A stretch of 64,000 bases of DNA. Origin: Hormiphora californensis. Its lineage: Eukaryota; Animalia; Ctenophora. Positions 1 through 11,519 of this stretch are shown piece by piece. The position numbers and the translations under genes are program-made. The stretch's first letter is position 1, and the number at the start of each line of letters is the position of its first letter. The stretch lies in contig CM035355.1 in assembly GCA_020137815.1 (NCBI GenBank), forward strand, positions 682,001-746,000. The letters run 5' to 3'. Under the pieces are notes generated by a model. The model saw only the letters and a list, made by a program, of their open reading frames with translations, was not told where the DNA came from and made no database searches.

Positions 1-258
1 GTAGTGGAGTGTGTTGGGCTTTACTTATAGAAGTACAGCCAGTATGGTGTGGTGCAGTGGAGTGTGTTGGGCTTTACTTATAGAAGTACAGTCGGTATGG
101 TGTGGTGCAGTGGAGTGTGACGGGCTTTACTTATAGAAGTACAGCCAGTATGGTGTGGTGCAGTGGAGTGTGTTGGGCTTTACTTATAGAAGTACAGTCG
201 GTATGGTGTGGTGCAGTGGAGTGTGATGGGCTTTACTTATAGAAGTACAGCCAGTGTG
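1..258. repeat. 53-bp minisatellite, about 5 copies (cut by the window edge)
   Basis: Unit gcagtggagtgtgttgggctttacttatagaagtacagccagtatggtgtggt recurs every 53 bp from position 1. Confidence 0.95.
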
Positions 259-711
259 GTGAGATGCAGGCTACAACGAGTATGACTTCTCTCCCGCTCC
301 TTGGTTCTCCTACAGGTGAAGTAGTCGGATCATCAGTCCTCACCCAGGTTGTATAAGACAGTATCGATTGTTTAAGGGCTAAAGCCCTGGTGCTAAAGTA
401 TTTATTTCTGGATCCCTAGATCCAAGAGCATATCTTATCAATCTGCAGTAAGCAGAGACAGTATATTTCATCATCCGATTTAAATATCGTTTAACTAACA
501 AGACCTACCTTCAGAAAAATATCATCTTGAAATAACATCTGGAAATCCTTGGTATAGAACTAACCGCTTTTGAAACGAGAGTTAGTGAGACGAAGTCCGC
601 ACCAAGTGATGCAAGTAGTCAAGACCTAACAGAACTCGTGTTGTTCTTTAAAATATGAACAATGAAAAGCGGACAATAAATGTATATTTGTATTTGTATT
701 TGTATTTGTAT

Positions 712-2325
712 CATGGCTGACAGCATGTCCAATTGAGAGCCTTGGTTAAAAAGCGGACTATGAATTTATATTTTGTATTGTATTGTATAAACTAACGAAA
801 CAGGAATTCCATGACGCAATGCGCCTCAAATTTGGACTCCATGGCCCCAATCTCAACCTCCGATCTGCATGTGGAAAAGATAGCGATGTAAACCACGCCT
901 CAGCTGTACCAAAGGAGGTTACAATATCACGACAAGATACGAGATACGTGAAAGGAGTAGAAACGAATTCTACAACCTTGTGACGACAGGCTCCCACATC
1001 GGACAAATCAAGATAGGGATGCCCGTATGGACATAGTTGGATCTGGATTGTGGCAGCCTGGTCAACTTAACTTCTTCGATGTGAGAGTTGTCCATCCAAA
1101 TTCTGCATCATACCTCTCAACCCATTTAGTATCTCTGTACAGAGACCACGAGCAGATAGTAGGGACGAATCTCTCACAAAAAGAAGTGGTTGACTCACTA
1201 TTTGGTTCAAAGCAAATTCCGGTTGTAACCCACCTATTTTGACCCGCTGAACACGATCCCGTTCATAGGCAAGCTCGGAAAAGTGAAGAAAATGCCCAAA
1301 TCGGCCACACCCTTTTACCTGTATTTTTAGCCTGTAGCCAAAAACATAAATCCTGTTAAAATAGGAGTAGAGACAAATCTGAGGGCACTAAAGTGATCAG
1401 CGCCCTCGCATTAGTGGGGGTAGGTGCTGGAATTAAGTCTCTATCTCATCTGGTTAATTAGATAATTGGATAATTAGGTTTGCGCATAACCGTTTTTTGG
1501 CTATATGGCTATAGCCACTTAGGAATGGTTTAGAGACTTTTCACTGGCGCCATTTTGTAGGCAATAGCCAAGTTATGGGGGGTCGACGTCGGACTTTTAA
1601 GCTCTATCTCCAACCGTTTAGCCGTTATTGGGCTTAATCGATGCTCAAAATCGGGCTTTTTACCGTTTTTCGCTCATTTTGAGCATCGATTAAGCCCAAT
1701 AACGGCTAAACGGTTGGAGATAGAGCTTAAAAGTCCGACGTCGACCCCCCATAACTTGGCTATTGCCTACAAAATGGCGCCAGTGAAAAGTCTCTAAACC
1801 ATTCCTAAGTGGCTATAGCCATATAGCCAAAAAACGGTTATGCGCAAACCTAATTATCCAATTATCTAATTAACCAGATGAGATAGAGACTTAATTCCAG
1901 CACCTACCCCCACTAATGCGAGGGCGCTGATCACTTTAGTGCCCTCATATTTGTCTCTACTCCTATTCTAAGAGGATTTATGTTTTTGGCTACAGGCTAA
2001 AAATACAGGTAAAAGGGCGTGGCCGATTTGGGCATTTTCTTCACTTTTCCGAGCTTGCCTATGAACGGGATCGTGTTCAGCGGGTCAAAATAGGTGGGTT
2101 ACAACCGGAATTTGCTTTGAACCAAATAGTGAGTCAAAAAATTAAGATTCTTCCCTACTAAGAGGAAGAAGAGAAGCTACATGAGGAGGGTACTGATGGT
2201 TGAAGGGGGCTCATTCTCCCCTATCGACAACAGGGGGCCTTGGTGAGGAATTCCGTAAAGTCATCAAGAAAGCGGCTTCACGGACCGAGGACAAACATGG
2301 CGAAAGGTACCCGGAGATGAATATG
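712..2325 (+). mobile_element. Decayed CRE-like non-LTR retrotransposon C-terminus (Zn knuckle + REL endonuclease region), split by a foldback element
   Basis: Fragments SWLTACPIESLG / KLTKQEFHDAMRLKFG..CGK..VNH / DIVGSGLWQPGQLNFFDVRVVHPNSASY. Removing 1157-2163 rejoins DHEQRKKRSYMRRVLMVEGGSFSP, typical of CRE-clade REL domains. Frameshifted. Confidence 0.75.
1157..2160. mobile_element. 1004-bp near-perfect foldback non-autonomous DNA transposon, TAG..CTA ends, 3-bp TSD (Academ-like)
   Basis: TIR tagtagggacgaatct / agattcttccctacta; AGA at 1154-1156 and 2161-2163; arms of about 460 bp around a loop at ~1652-1676. Confidence 0.9.
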
Positions 2326-2568
2326 TCAACCAGTATTTTTTAGGGGTTTGGTAGCTCTGCACCCTCTCTTTGGTACTCTGCACCCTCTCAAGCTCCTCAA
2401 AGTTGAATGAGTTTCACCCCTGATGTCGGATGAGTTTTTTAAAACATTTTTTAAAGCTTTCAAACATCTTAGAATGGCCATAACTCCGATTCCTGATGAT
2501 AAAGAAATAGAAACTTGAAAATTGCCAAGCTGTCCCGAACCTCCAAATTTCAAGTTTTTATCAGCTAT

Positions 2569-3100
2569 CTTATAGTGAACCATAATAAAGTTCAAGAGCA
2601 CACCACATCCGTCGAGTCAGTACATCCCAATTCTGGTTCACGAGGCCTCTTCAGTTGCATCAGCACAACAAGCTCTCAAAGCGGGGATCCCTGTCTCTTT
2701 TGCCCGTCCAGTGCACCAATTAAATGGCCCAGCCAATTATACTGGCCATCTCCCTGGGGAGAGAAAGGGACTCAGCGCCATAGTTACCACATACCCGGGT
2801 TGGTATGGAGGTTTGCTGAGCGTATCCCATGGTTTAGTGCCAAACAAACAAACAAACAAACAAGCACACCACATCCAAGAGCGCTCCACATCCAAAAGAT
2901 AACGGTCTTGGAGTGGTGTGCTCTGTATTTGGTCTCTTCTGGATGTGGTGTGCTCTGTATTTGGTCTCTTCTGAATCTTGTGCGCTCTTGAATTTGGTCT
3001 CTTCTGAATCTTGTGCGCTCTTGAATTTGGTCTCTTCTGGATCTTGTGCGCTCTTGGATGCTCTTGGAGGCTCTTGAAATTTATTATGGTTCACTATAAG
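2569..3100. mobile_element. MITE with 31-bp TIRs and internal short tandem repeats
   Basis: cttatagtgaaccataataaagttcaagagc (2569-2599) is the inverse of gctcttgaaatttattatggttcactataag (3070-3100); ~33-bp repeats at 2920-3075. Confidence 0.8.
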
Positions 3101-3203
3101 GAACCGGACTCCGGATATTATATGGCCAATTTTGTTACTCATTTAACCCGGGTTTATTTATCATATAATATATCTTATCACCGAACCATCGTCCCACTAG
3201 ATC

Positions 3204-3746
3204 ATGTATACAGTGTCGCCTACCACACTTGATAATCTCCTGGGATGTGTAAAGACCATCAATGGCTCTCTTCTATCTCTTATTGAAGGATGTCAATGCG
3301 ACACTAACAACGCTGACCTCTTCGATTTTTGTAAAATGGAGTGCGAAACATTGCTGAGATTTCTAGAGAACATCGGTGATCCGCATTGGGCCGAAGTGGA
3401 AAAGAGAATGGAAAAGAGAACATCGCCAAACCCAGGTGACAAGACTCGGCATGCGGTCCATTCACACAATCAGATATCTTCATCACGCAAGGCAATGCCC
3501 ACCTCCTTAAAACCTCCATCACCCAGGACTGTAATTCCTGTTGATATCACCACATCAGAAAACACGAGAGAATGGGACGACAAAGATGATGATATATCTC
3601 ACCAAACTATTGTAATAAATCAACCCCATAAATCTTTTAACGAACATTATTTGGACTTGACAGAGACCGCTTACGACAGGTTGGATTCGAAACTATCTCA
3701 CATTGAAACCCGTATAAATAGTCTGTTGAATAAGATACATGGGTAA
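3204..3746 (+). CDS. Hypothetical 180-aa protein with short C-terminal coiled coil
   Basis: ATG start, protein-like composition, heptad-like tail YDRLDSKLSHIETRINSLLNKI, AATAAA at ~3843; no family recognised. Confidence 0.5.
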   Translation: MYTVSPTTLDNLLGCVKTINGSLLSLIEGCQCDTNNADLFDFCKMECETLLRFLENIGDPHWAEVEKRMEKRTSPNPGDKTRHAVHSHNQISSSRKAMPTSLKPPSPRTVIPVDITTSENTREWDDKDDDISHQTIVINQPHKSFNEHYLDLTETAYDRLDSKLSHIETRINSLLNKIHG

Positions 3747-4350
3747 GGATATACTATTTGTTTGGGGTGGTTCTCCCCATTTGACGTGACGTTCAGACGC
3801 TGTCAGACCATTGGCCTGACGTTCATAGGCTTGCTGGTTGTAAATAAATTAATTTTGTAACTCACTTTCATATTGTATCCCACTTTAACCGGGACAACTT
3901 TGATCCCAAAAAGTGGATCCACTGAGTCTATGTGCCACATATAATTGTGTGGCTGTGTCTAAAAATTCATCAGCTTGTTTGTTTTTTACTGAAACTGAAA
4001 ACCAGAGTTAGCATTAAAATAAAGAGGAAATCAATCAGTCAGCTTCTATTTATCTAATGCTACACTCGAGACAAGAGTGGCACCGTGCTTTAGATCTCCC
4101 AAAGGTGGTTATTATTATGTGTTCTGGAAGAACCAGGAGTTTTCCGAGAAAAGCATATTTTAGTGTTTCTAACGGGGGACTGGTGGACATGTCGATTGTT
4201 CCGTATGCATTGGGCCATGAAATTCGAGGCTACTCAGTCTCACTACTCGGCTAATAATATCATATATTCACCGCATATTGAATGATGGGAATGAGTGTAC
4301 GAATTATCTTCAACCCAGTGTCCTTCCTTTTAGAAGTATAGAATAATAGA

Positions 4351-7298
4351 ATGGCAACAGCAGTGTGTCACAGACAAGAGGTCGGCACATGGTCATCTAT
4401 TTTCCCTTCCGACCAAATGACAGAGCAGAAGTCTGCGTTTTTTGTTAAAAAACTCTTGGCCGTGTCCGTTTCCTACTTGACATACCTCAGAAATATTTTC
4501 CCAGGTAAGTCAATTGGTCACAAATTTATCGGAGAAAATTGTTAGGCCGCTTAGGGAGGAGCATGTGTGACAGTGAGTGCCTGACAACCCCTCTCCCACT
4601 CAGAGAATGCATTTAGTAACAGAAGTCTGGATGAGCTTGAATTGAAGATTCTTCAAGAAAGTAGTGACTGTCCCGGTGCCAACAAAGTATGCCAGTGGGT
4701 TCGGAGCTGTTTTGAGGCACTTGATAAAAAGTATCTTAATTCCCTAGTGTTGGGTCTTTACATGGACCCAAGTGATCCAAATACTCTTCTTGAATCATAC
4801 AGGTACGTTGAATTGTTCAATTGCGACTCAACAGGTACCCGGGTGTGGTATTATACAAATCTTAGCTCCACAATTAAAATATGTAACTCATTTGGAAATT
4901 TCAATTGTTCTCTTATATTATCCGTTTGAAGTCTAATAGTCAGACCCGATTTATTTGGATGCTCCGTTAATTTCCTATATCGGGGGGACGGGGGGATTTT
5001 ATCCTTCCGGTAAATCGGGGTCCGACTGTTATTATTTATGTGATTATATAGCATAGCGCTGGCAAATACTGTATATATATTTTATGGACCCCCAATACAT
5101 TGCAGTTTCAAGTTTAACTACGAGGAGGGGATGGAGTTGTACCATAACAACGAGAAAATACTGACATCAACCACGGACAACACAAAGAAATCAACCGTTA
5201 CCCTCCTTCGCACCCTTCTAGTTCTGACACAGGTAGCTAAATCACCTGATATATTATCGCAGGTATTGAATTGTTCATACTTTATTTGTTTGAACTCTCT
5301 CCCTCTCCCCAGGGACTGAACCCCCTAACTCTCTCCCTCTCTCCAGGGACTGAACCCCCTAACTCTTTCTCTCTCTCCAGGGACTGAACCCCCTAACTCT
5401 CTCCCTCTCTCCAGGGACTGAACCCCCTAACTCTCTCCCTCTCTACAGGGACTGAATCCACTCCCGGATGGTGTAATGATGACAATGAAATTGTATTTTA
5501 ACGAGGAATCCACTCCATCTGACTACCATCCCCCTGGTTTTGTGGAGTCTAAACAGGATGAGATCATGTATGAAGATGACACTGTTAACATTAAGGTACT
5601 TTGTTTGCATTACACATCTCTTATATTAGGGCCCCGATACTTGTCAGAGATGGGGGCATGTCTTAGGTGCGCGAAGCAGCGTCGGAGTATCCGGGGGGAC
5701 CAGGGACCTGGTATCCGTGTCGGGAACAATATATCCCCATTCCTCACCCCAAGGTGACCAATATATCCCCACCCCAAGGTGACCAATATATCCCCACCCC
5801 AAGGTTGGGGAAGTGGCTACAAAGTTTCACACGGTAAAGATGAGGATCAGGACAAACAGGCACAACTTTGAGTTAAGTCCTGATACTAAAGAGATTGTGG
5901 CAGAATTGTCTGATGGCTCTCCCGAAGAGATCAAAGACCAGGGAACAGCATCACCGGGCGGTGAGACTGGGGAGTATGAGGTTAGTGTCCAATTGATCCT
6001 TCTTTATTTTGTGTGGACACTAGCTCATCTTTGGGAGGGTGGTATATACTGTTTGGGTAAACCCGACACACTCCAGGTGGATTGTGTGTGTGGCAGTAGA
6101 GTTGAGGATGGTATGTTGATAGTATGCACTGTATGCGACAAGTGGTCTCACGGCCTGTGTTATAGGATTATTGAAAATAATGACGTTCCTGAAACTCATA
6201 TCTGCGCTAAATGCCCAGGTATGAACGTGATTATGGAATAATATTTCAAGCAATAAGAACTTAAATTTTACATACTACTTATGTTATCATATTATTATAT
6301 TTTAAATCGTGTTTCTCTGCACCGCTGGTTATCGCCATGGCTATAATTTTTGTAGAACTCAGTTAGTAACTACTCCATTTTCATCAACTGTCTCACAGGG
6401 CAGTGTACGGATGCGTCGTTGATGGGGGCGGACAGGGCGACGATACAGGCTACTGCTCTCTGGAGACGAACACTTTACACTCTTACTGAGGTTCGTTATA
6501 ATACAGCTGAACCATGAACCTGCAACAACACAGAGTTATAGCTCAATAATAACTTGGTAACGAAGTTACCCCTCCCTTGCCGGCGCGCAAAGCGCACCAA
6601 ACGAAGGCCGCGATGTGAGTGTGAGGTGTCTTCGATACCAAAATAATAACCCTCTTCTTTGTTTCATAATCCAAATCAAAAGATATATCGCTAGATGGCG
6701 TGATAGTGCTCTAACCTTTGGAGGAGAGCGTATACAAATACTATAGTAAACTTGGTATCATCTTTGTTTCAGGTTAAAAAAGTAAAAGATAGAGAGTTAG
6801 CTCAACGCTTGGGGATAGCTCTTGATGTTGCTAAAAAGCTTATTACTCGGCTTGTTAGTGAGAGGTAGAGTAATTTACTAACTATTTATCTGTTGTCACC
6901 CGGACTTTTTCCTAGATCATGTTTGCTCCCCCAACTGCAGCACACCTGATCATGTTTGCTCCCCCAACTGCAGCACCCCTGATCATGTTTGCTCCCCCAA
7001 CTGCAGCACCCCTGATCATGTTTGCTCCCCCAGGTTCCTAAGAAAGCCTCCAGCCCGATCAAAGCAAGGTTACACCGTGAACCAGGCTGAACTCAAGAAC
7101 AAGGGGATACCCCACTATTTCTCTCTCCTGTCGTCAACTCAGGAAATGACTCAGGAGACTCAGGGGATGAAAATTGCAGGAGAGAAGAGGAAACTGGATA
7201 CGAACGGTGAAGAATTCGAACTGTCTTCAAGCCAAAGCTGGACAGCAAACAAAAGGTTGAGATCAGCAGACATAAAAACTCCAATAAGACTAAATTAG
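4351..7298 (+). CDS. HORMAD1: Meiotic HORMA-domain protein (HORMAD/Hop1) with PHD finger and winged helix; 9 exons, 464 aa
   Basis: Exons 4351-4504, 4604-4802, 5106-5232, 5449-5595, 5804-5980, 6077-6218, 6399-6490, 6773-6864, 7034-7298, all GT-AG, total 1395 nt in frame. HORMA motifs KKLLAVSVSYLTYLRNIFPE and LNPLP..MTMKLYF..TPSDYHPPGF; PHD CVC..CTVC..H..C..HICAKC; wHTH ELAQRLGIALDVAKKLITRL. Confidence 0.93.
4937..5028. mobile_element. Degenerate short pogo/Tigger-like MITE in HORMAD intron 2
   Basis: Ends agtcagacccgattta / taaatcggggtccgactg match the family at 41547-41670. Confidence 0.7.
5293..5456 (+). repeat. 34-bp tandem repeat carrying 5 copies of the HORMAD exon-4 acceptor
   Basis: ctctctccctctctccag|ggactgaaccccctaa repeats every 34 bp; the last copy (ctacag, AG ending at 5448) continues into the HORMA frame. 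Confidence 0.9.
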
Positions 7299-7605
7299 TG
7301 AGAACTGTGAATTAACTCTTTTGATTATCCGTTTTTTTAAATGTCAATGTTTAATAAATAACTTATATTTACCATGCATTTTTGATAAGTCAGTTTTTGT
7401 AAGATGTTTCTATACTATATAAATGATATGTTAATTATTAAACATAAATTGTACAGCACATATAATGTATGAAATCAGTTCCAAGCCACAAAACTTACTT
7501 TGTTTAGCAATTTGTCTCGGTGGTACAAATAATTGTCATTAGCGCGTGAATCATCCAACATATAATAATAATTGTTTGATCAGCACTTGGGGCCTATAAC
7601 AACTA

Positions 7606-8016
7606 CTATAAACCAGTGATCACCGCCCGACCATCTCTAACTTTCACTATCTTCACCAGATTTATATCCACGGATTTACCAGGTTTAACTTTATGGTACA
7701 CTACTTTCTCGCCCCGGGAGTTTCGAGTCACAATGTCGATAGGTCTGTCAAGGGTATTGTTGCAGGATATAACCTGAGTCGTCACTAGCAGGTCTTCCTC
7801 GCCCCCTTCCAGCTGTGAGTGATCAGAGTAGTGGGATGTCGAGGGAGAGAAAGGTGGAGGAGAGGTGGTATTGTATAGTCTGGCATCCTCATTTCCAAGA
7901 GAGACTTCTGAGAATGAACCGTCGTCTCCGTTTTCTGCCTTTTTAGGCGGCACCAAACGGACTTTTTTCTGGGCCTTTTCTGAATCGTTACTGTCCTTGG
8001 TAATGCATTGTCCCAT
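7606..8016 (-). CDS. 136-aa protein with N-terminal myristoylation/palmitoylation-like motif and partial VHL-beta-like C-terminus
   Basis: ATG at 8016 gives MGQCITK; Ser/Pro-rich linker; ISCNNTLDRPIDIVTRNSRGEKVVYHKVKPGKSVDI resembles the first strands of a VHL beta domain. Confidence 0.6.
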   Translation of the reverse strand: MGQCITKDSNDSEKAQKKVRLVPPKKAENGDDGSFSEVSLGNEDARLYNTTSPPPFSPSTSHYSDHSQLEGGEEDLLVTTQVISCNNTLDRPIDIVTRNSRGEKVVYHKVKPGKSVDINLVKIVKVRDGRAVITGL

Positions 8017-8245
8017 GATACAACGCTGCAGCTGTTTAGTGGTAGAATGTTTCACTGGAAAATGTAGAAATCACACGGCTGTTCGATATAAAGGTATCGG
8101 ATAAATGTTAATAATAAGTCACAATATAGCAATTCGATCAAGACAGATATTATGGCAAATTTCACTGTTTGTCTATCGCTCGCTTACACTGTTTACTATA
8201 TGATTTGTACAATAACACAGCTCTGCACACACAATTCCTCCGTGT

Positions 8246-8790
8246 GCCTCTCTCTCTCTCACTCTCTCTCTCTCTCTCTCTCCCGCTCTCCCGACCGATC
8301 TCGGCTCTCCTCTCTCTCCTCCCTCTTCTCCTCTCCTCTCTCTCCTCTCTCTCCTCGCTCTTCCTCTCTCAACTCTCCTCTCATCTCTCTCTCCTCTCTT
8401 GTCCAGTCTCCTCTCCTCTCTCTCCCTCTCTCTTTCTTTCTCTTCCTCGTCCTCCTCTTCTCTCTCTTCTGCTCCCGCTCTCTCATCTCTCTCTCTCTCT
8501 CTCCGTTCTCTCGTCCCTTCGTCTCTCTCATACATCTCTTATGCTCTCCTCTCTCTCTCTCCTCTCTAGTTTGCTCTTCCTCGTCTTCGGAACTCTCGCT
8601 TCTGCTCTTCCCCTCTCGCTCCCTCGGTCGTTTGCGTCTTTCTCTCTTCTCTCCTTCTCTCCTCTCCCTTCCCTCCGCTCACTGCTCGGTCTCTTCAGTC
8701 CGTCGTTCTCCTCTGCTCTTCTCTGCGTCTCTCTCCCTTTCTGCTCTGTCTTTTTCCTCTGTCTGTCTTTGTATCATTCCATCTCTTTCA
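8246..8790. repeat. Degenerate (CT)n microsatellite
   Basis: About 540 bp pyrimidine tract. Confidence 0.9.
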
Positions 8791-8803
8791 TTAAATCATC
8801 AAT

Positions 8804-11330
8804 TTATACAATATCAACATCAATTTTACCGTTATGGGGAGCACCAAAGTCCATACCCTCAAAAACAGGCTTCCTGGTGCTGCCCTTGACAAAGATGCAC
8901 ACCTGCTCCGTGATGACATCTCTTGCAATGAAGGGGTGGGTGAAGTAACTGCACTTGAGATGTTTCTGTCCGGGTGATATTCCCTGCCTGATTCTCACCT
9001 CACCTAGATAAAATATATAATTTATCTAGCCCGATATTATACATATTGTATTGAAATACTATGACATTTCGATATATGGAAATATTCGGTTGACAGCGAT
9101 ATTTGGAAAGAAAACCCTGTTTGAATGTTTTCCTCCTTAAAAAAACCAAAAAACCTTCCTGCTACCTATCCTTCCTTCTCCACCACCTTTTTTTCCTGAT
9201 TCACTGTTGACGATGGTTTATTTCTCCGCCTCCCCCCGACCCGCAGGTCTCGCCCCTTTTCTCCTCTCCTTTGCTTCGCGGGGCTCCCTCGTAGTTTTTC
9301 CAGATAAGGTCAATATCTTCATCATGTTTATTGGTAAATGTCACAGTGTACTTTATCGCCCGCTGGCCCCCTGGAGGGTCGAGCGCGGCCCTCTTTGGCT
9401 TTGAATATTGATCCTCATTCGCTGGAAATAATAATTTCTGAGAGCCATTGGTACGGTAACCAAACAAACTACATTAGTTTAATGTCCTTTAATACCCGTG
9501 CGAAAGGCAAAAAAACCATGATGTGCCTTTCCTAGTAATAATCATAGTAAAACGCTTATCACTAACTAAAGTAAATTATTGGCATTACTTCCTATGTACC
9601 TTTCTCTTTTCTGTTCTTTTGAAAGTACTACTTCTACTACTTACTCTTTGCCTATCTTCATTTTGCGTTGGCGGCTGCAGGTTGCCTAGCATGGTCAGCC
9701 TGATCATTCTCTGCATGTTAGGAGAAAAGGTCTTCACTCCACTATGTTCATTCACATCACCTCTTTGTAAAACCTTGTTTTGGGTACTACTGGTAACCAT
9801 GGTAGCGATTCAGTTAACATGCTAACATACCTTGTCCTCTAAGTAGGTTGGATCATTAACATTTCCCGTCATGTTCACATACAACTTGTTACCCAAGTGA
9901 AACCCAATCGCTCCTTTCCCAATCACTTGTCTTGGCTCATCTTGCTGTCCCATCATGAATGGGGTAGGATGTTGCTGCTCGTTTTTTAGACCCCCGGACA
10001 GCTGATTAAACTCCACTTGGTCAAGTTATCAGCCAGCTGAGTTTTTCATTCACCGTTAACTTTCCGTGTGGTAGGGGAGGCGCTCGTCAAGAAACAACAC
10101 AAGGCCACACCTGCCACGTTCAATTCCTAAATGGTCGAAAGATGAACACAAACGATCAGCGTCCTACTTGGAATTCAATGGATCAATTCAATGCATATAT
10201 TATAATGCATTGTATGCGGCATACTTTATCAAAAAATTAAATTAAGTGCATTTTGGAACCTTGGACAATCTTTGAGTACGCTAAAACTCGGCTCGGAAAA
10301 ATCGGTCCTGTTGTGTCAAGATATATAGTGTGAATAACATTCACCTGAGAGTTCTCTCGATTCCTCGTGACACACAAAAAAAATCTGTCGACACCTATCC
10401 CACTCATATCACCTGATATTTTCTCCTATTCCCTCCTTCCTTCCTCGTGAACATCTGGTCGACAATATTCACACCACATATCACCATCACCAACTTTCGA
10501 AGCCCTGAGAGTTTTCTATTCTGCCTCGTGACATCTGGTCGACAATATCACCACTCACCTGAAATTTCTCTATCTCGGACATCTGTCGACCAATTCACCA
10601 CTCACCTGAGAGTTCTCTATTCCTCGTGACATCTGTCGACAATCTCACCACTCACTGCGAGTTTCTCTATTCCCCGTGACTCTGTCGACAATATCACCAC
10701 TCACCTGAGAGTTCTCTTATTCCTCGTGACATCTGGTCGACATATATCACCACTCACCTGAGAGTTCTCTATTCCTCGTGACATCTGTCACAATATCACC
10801 ACTCACCTGAGGTTTTTTCCTATTCCCTCGTGACATCTGTCAACAATATACCACTCACACCTGAGAGTTCTCTATTCCTTTGCATCTGGTCTACAATATC
10901 ACACTCACCTGAGGAGTTCTCTTTATTCCTCGTGACATCTAGTCGACAATATCACCACTCACTGGAGAGTTTTTCTATTCCTCGTGACATCTGGTCAACA
11001 ATACACACCCACCACTCACCCCACCCGAGAGTGTTTCTATTCCTCGTGACAATCTGGTCGACACTATCACCACACTCACCTGAGAGTTCTCTATTCCTCG
11101 TGACATCTGGGTCGAAATACACCACTGCACCGAGGAGTTCTCTATTCCTCGGGAACATTACTGGGTCTCAATATCACACCACTCATCTGCTCCTCGTCAA
11201 ACCAGGTCGTGAAAGAGAGGTTCTTCAGTGCATTATTAACCCTCTGCACCCGGCCATGGTTATCCCTCCCAACATCATCTGTACCCCAGTTGTGGGATAG
11301 AAAGAAATCCACCTGGCCAGCTGACACGCT
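8804..11330 (-). CDS. Multi-exon gene: TIR (TIR_2-type) domain followed by VHL beta domain; 5' end uncertain (may extend to ~12000)
   Basis: Exon ~11330-11170 FFLSHNWGTDDVGRDNHGRVQRVNNALKNLSFTTWFDEEQMSG; exon 10110-9831 (noisy) FLT..KVNGE..DN(C)QVEF..KGAIGFHLGNKLYVNM; exons 9710-9645 and 9531-9496; exon 9421-~9285 YTVTFTNKHDEDIDLIWKNYEG; last exon 9003-8804 SYFTHPFIARD. Confidence 0.7.
10341..11190 (-). repeat. About 16 noisy copies of a 51-bp unit equal to the last 17 codons of the TIR exon plus its donor site
   Basis: Minus unit gtgagtggtgatattgtcgaccagatgtcacgaggaatagagaactctcag = (V/M)SGDIVDQMSRGIENSQ|GTGAGT. Confidence 0.9.
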
Positions 11331-11519
11331 AAACGTGCAGCCAATACGGTATTTAAAAGCAAGTCAGAGTTGTTGGGTCTGTGTCTTGAGTCATAGCCCC
11401 ACTAACTTTAAAAACGATGCATCTGAACAAATTGTTCTGTTTGAAAAGAGAGGGGTTGGCTATTAATTAGTTTTTGTAGTAAAGATCTAACTTTCCACTC
11501 AGCCGAACATTAATTGCTA

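Noticed and set aside
270-356. Possible terminal exon after the 53-bp repeat
   Set aside because: Too short, frame ambiguous, upstream exons outside the window
8152-8948. Leu/Ser-rich and Arg/Glu-rich ORFs here and at other AG/CT tracts
   Set aside because: Microsatellite translations
10341-11190. CRISPR-like appearance of this and other arrays (24643, 55448)
   Set aside because: Head-to-tail units with no unique spacers, no cas genes, eukaryotic context
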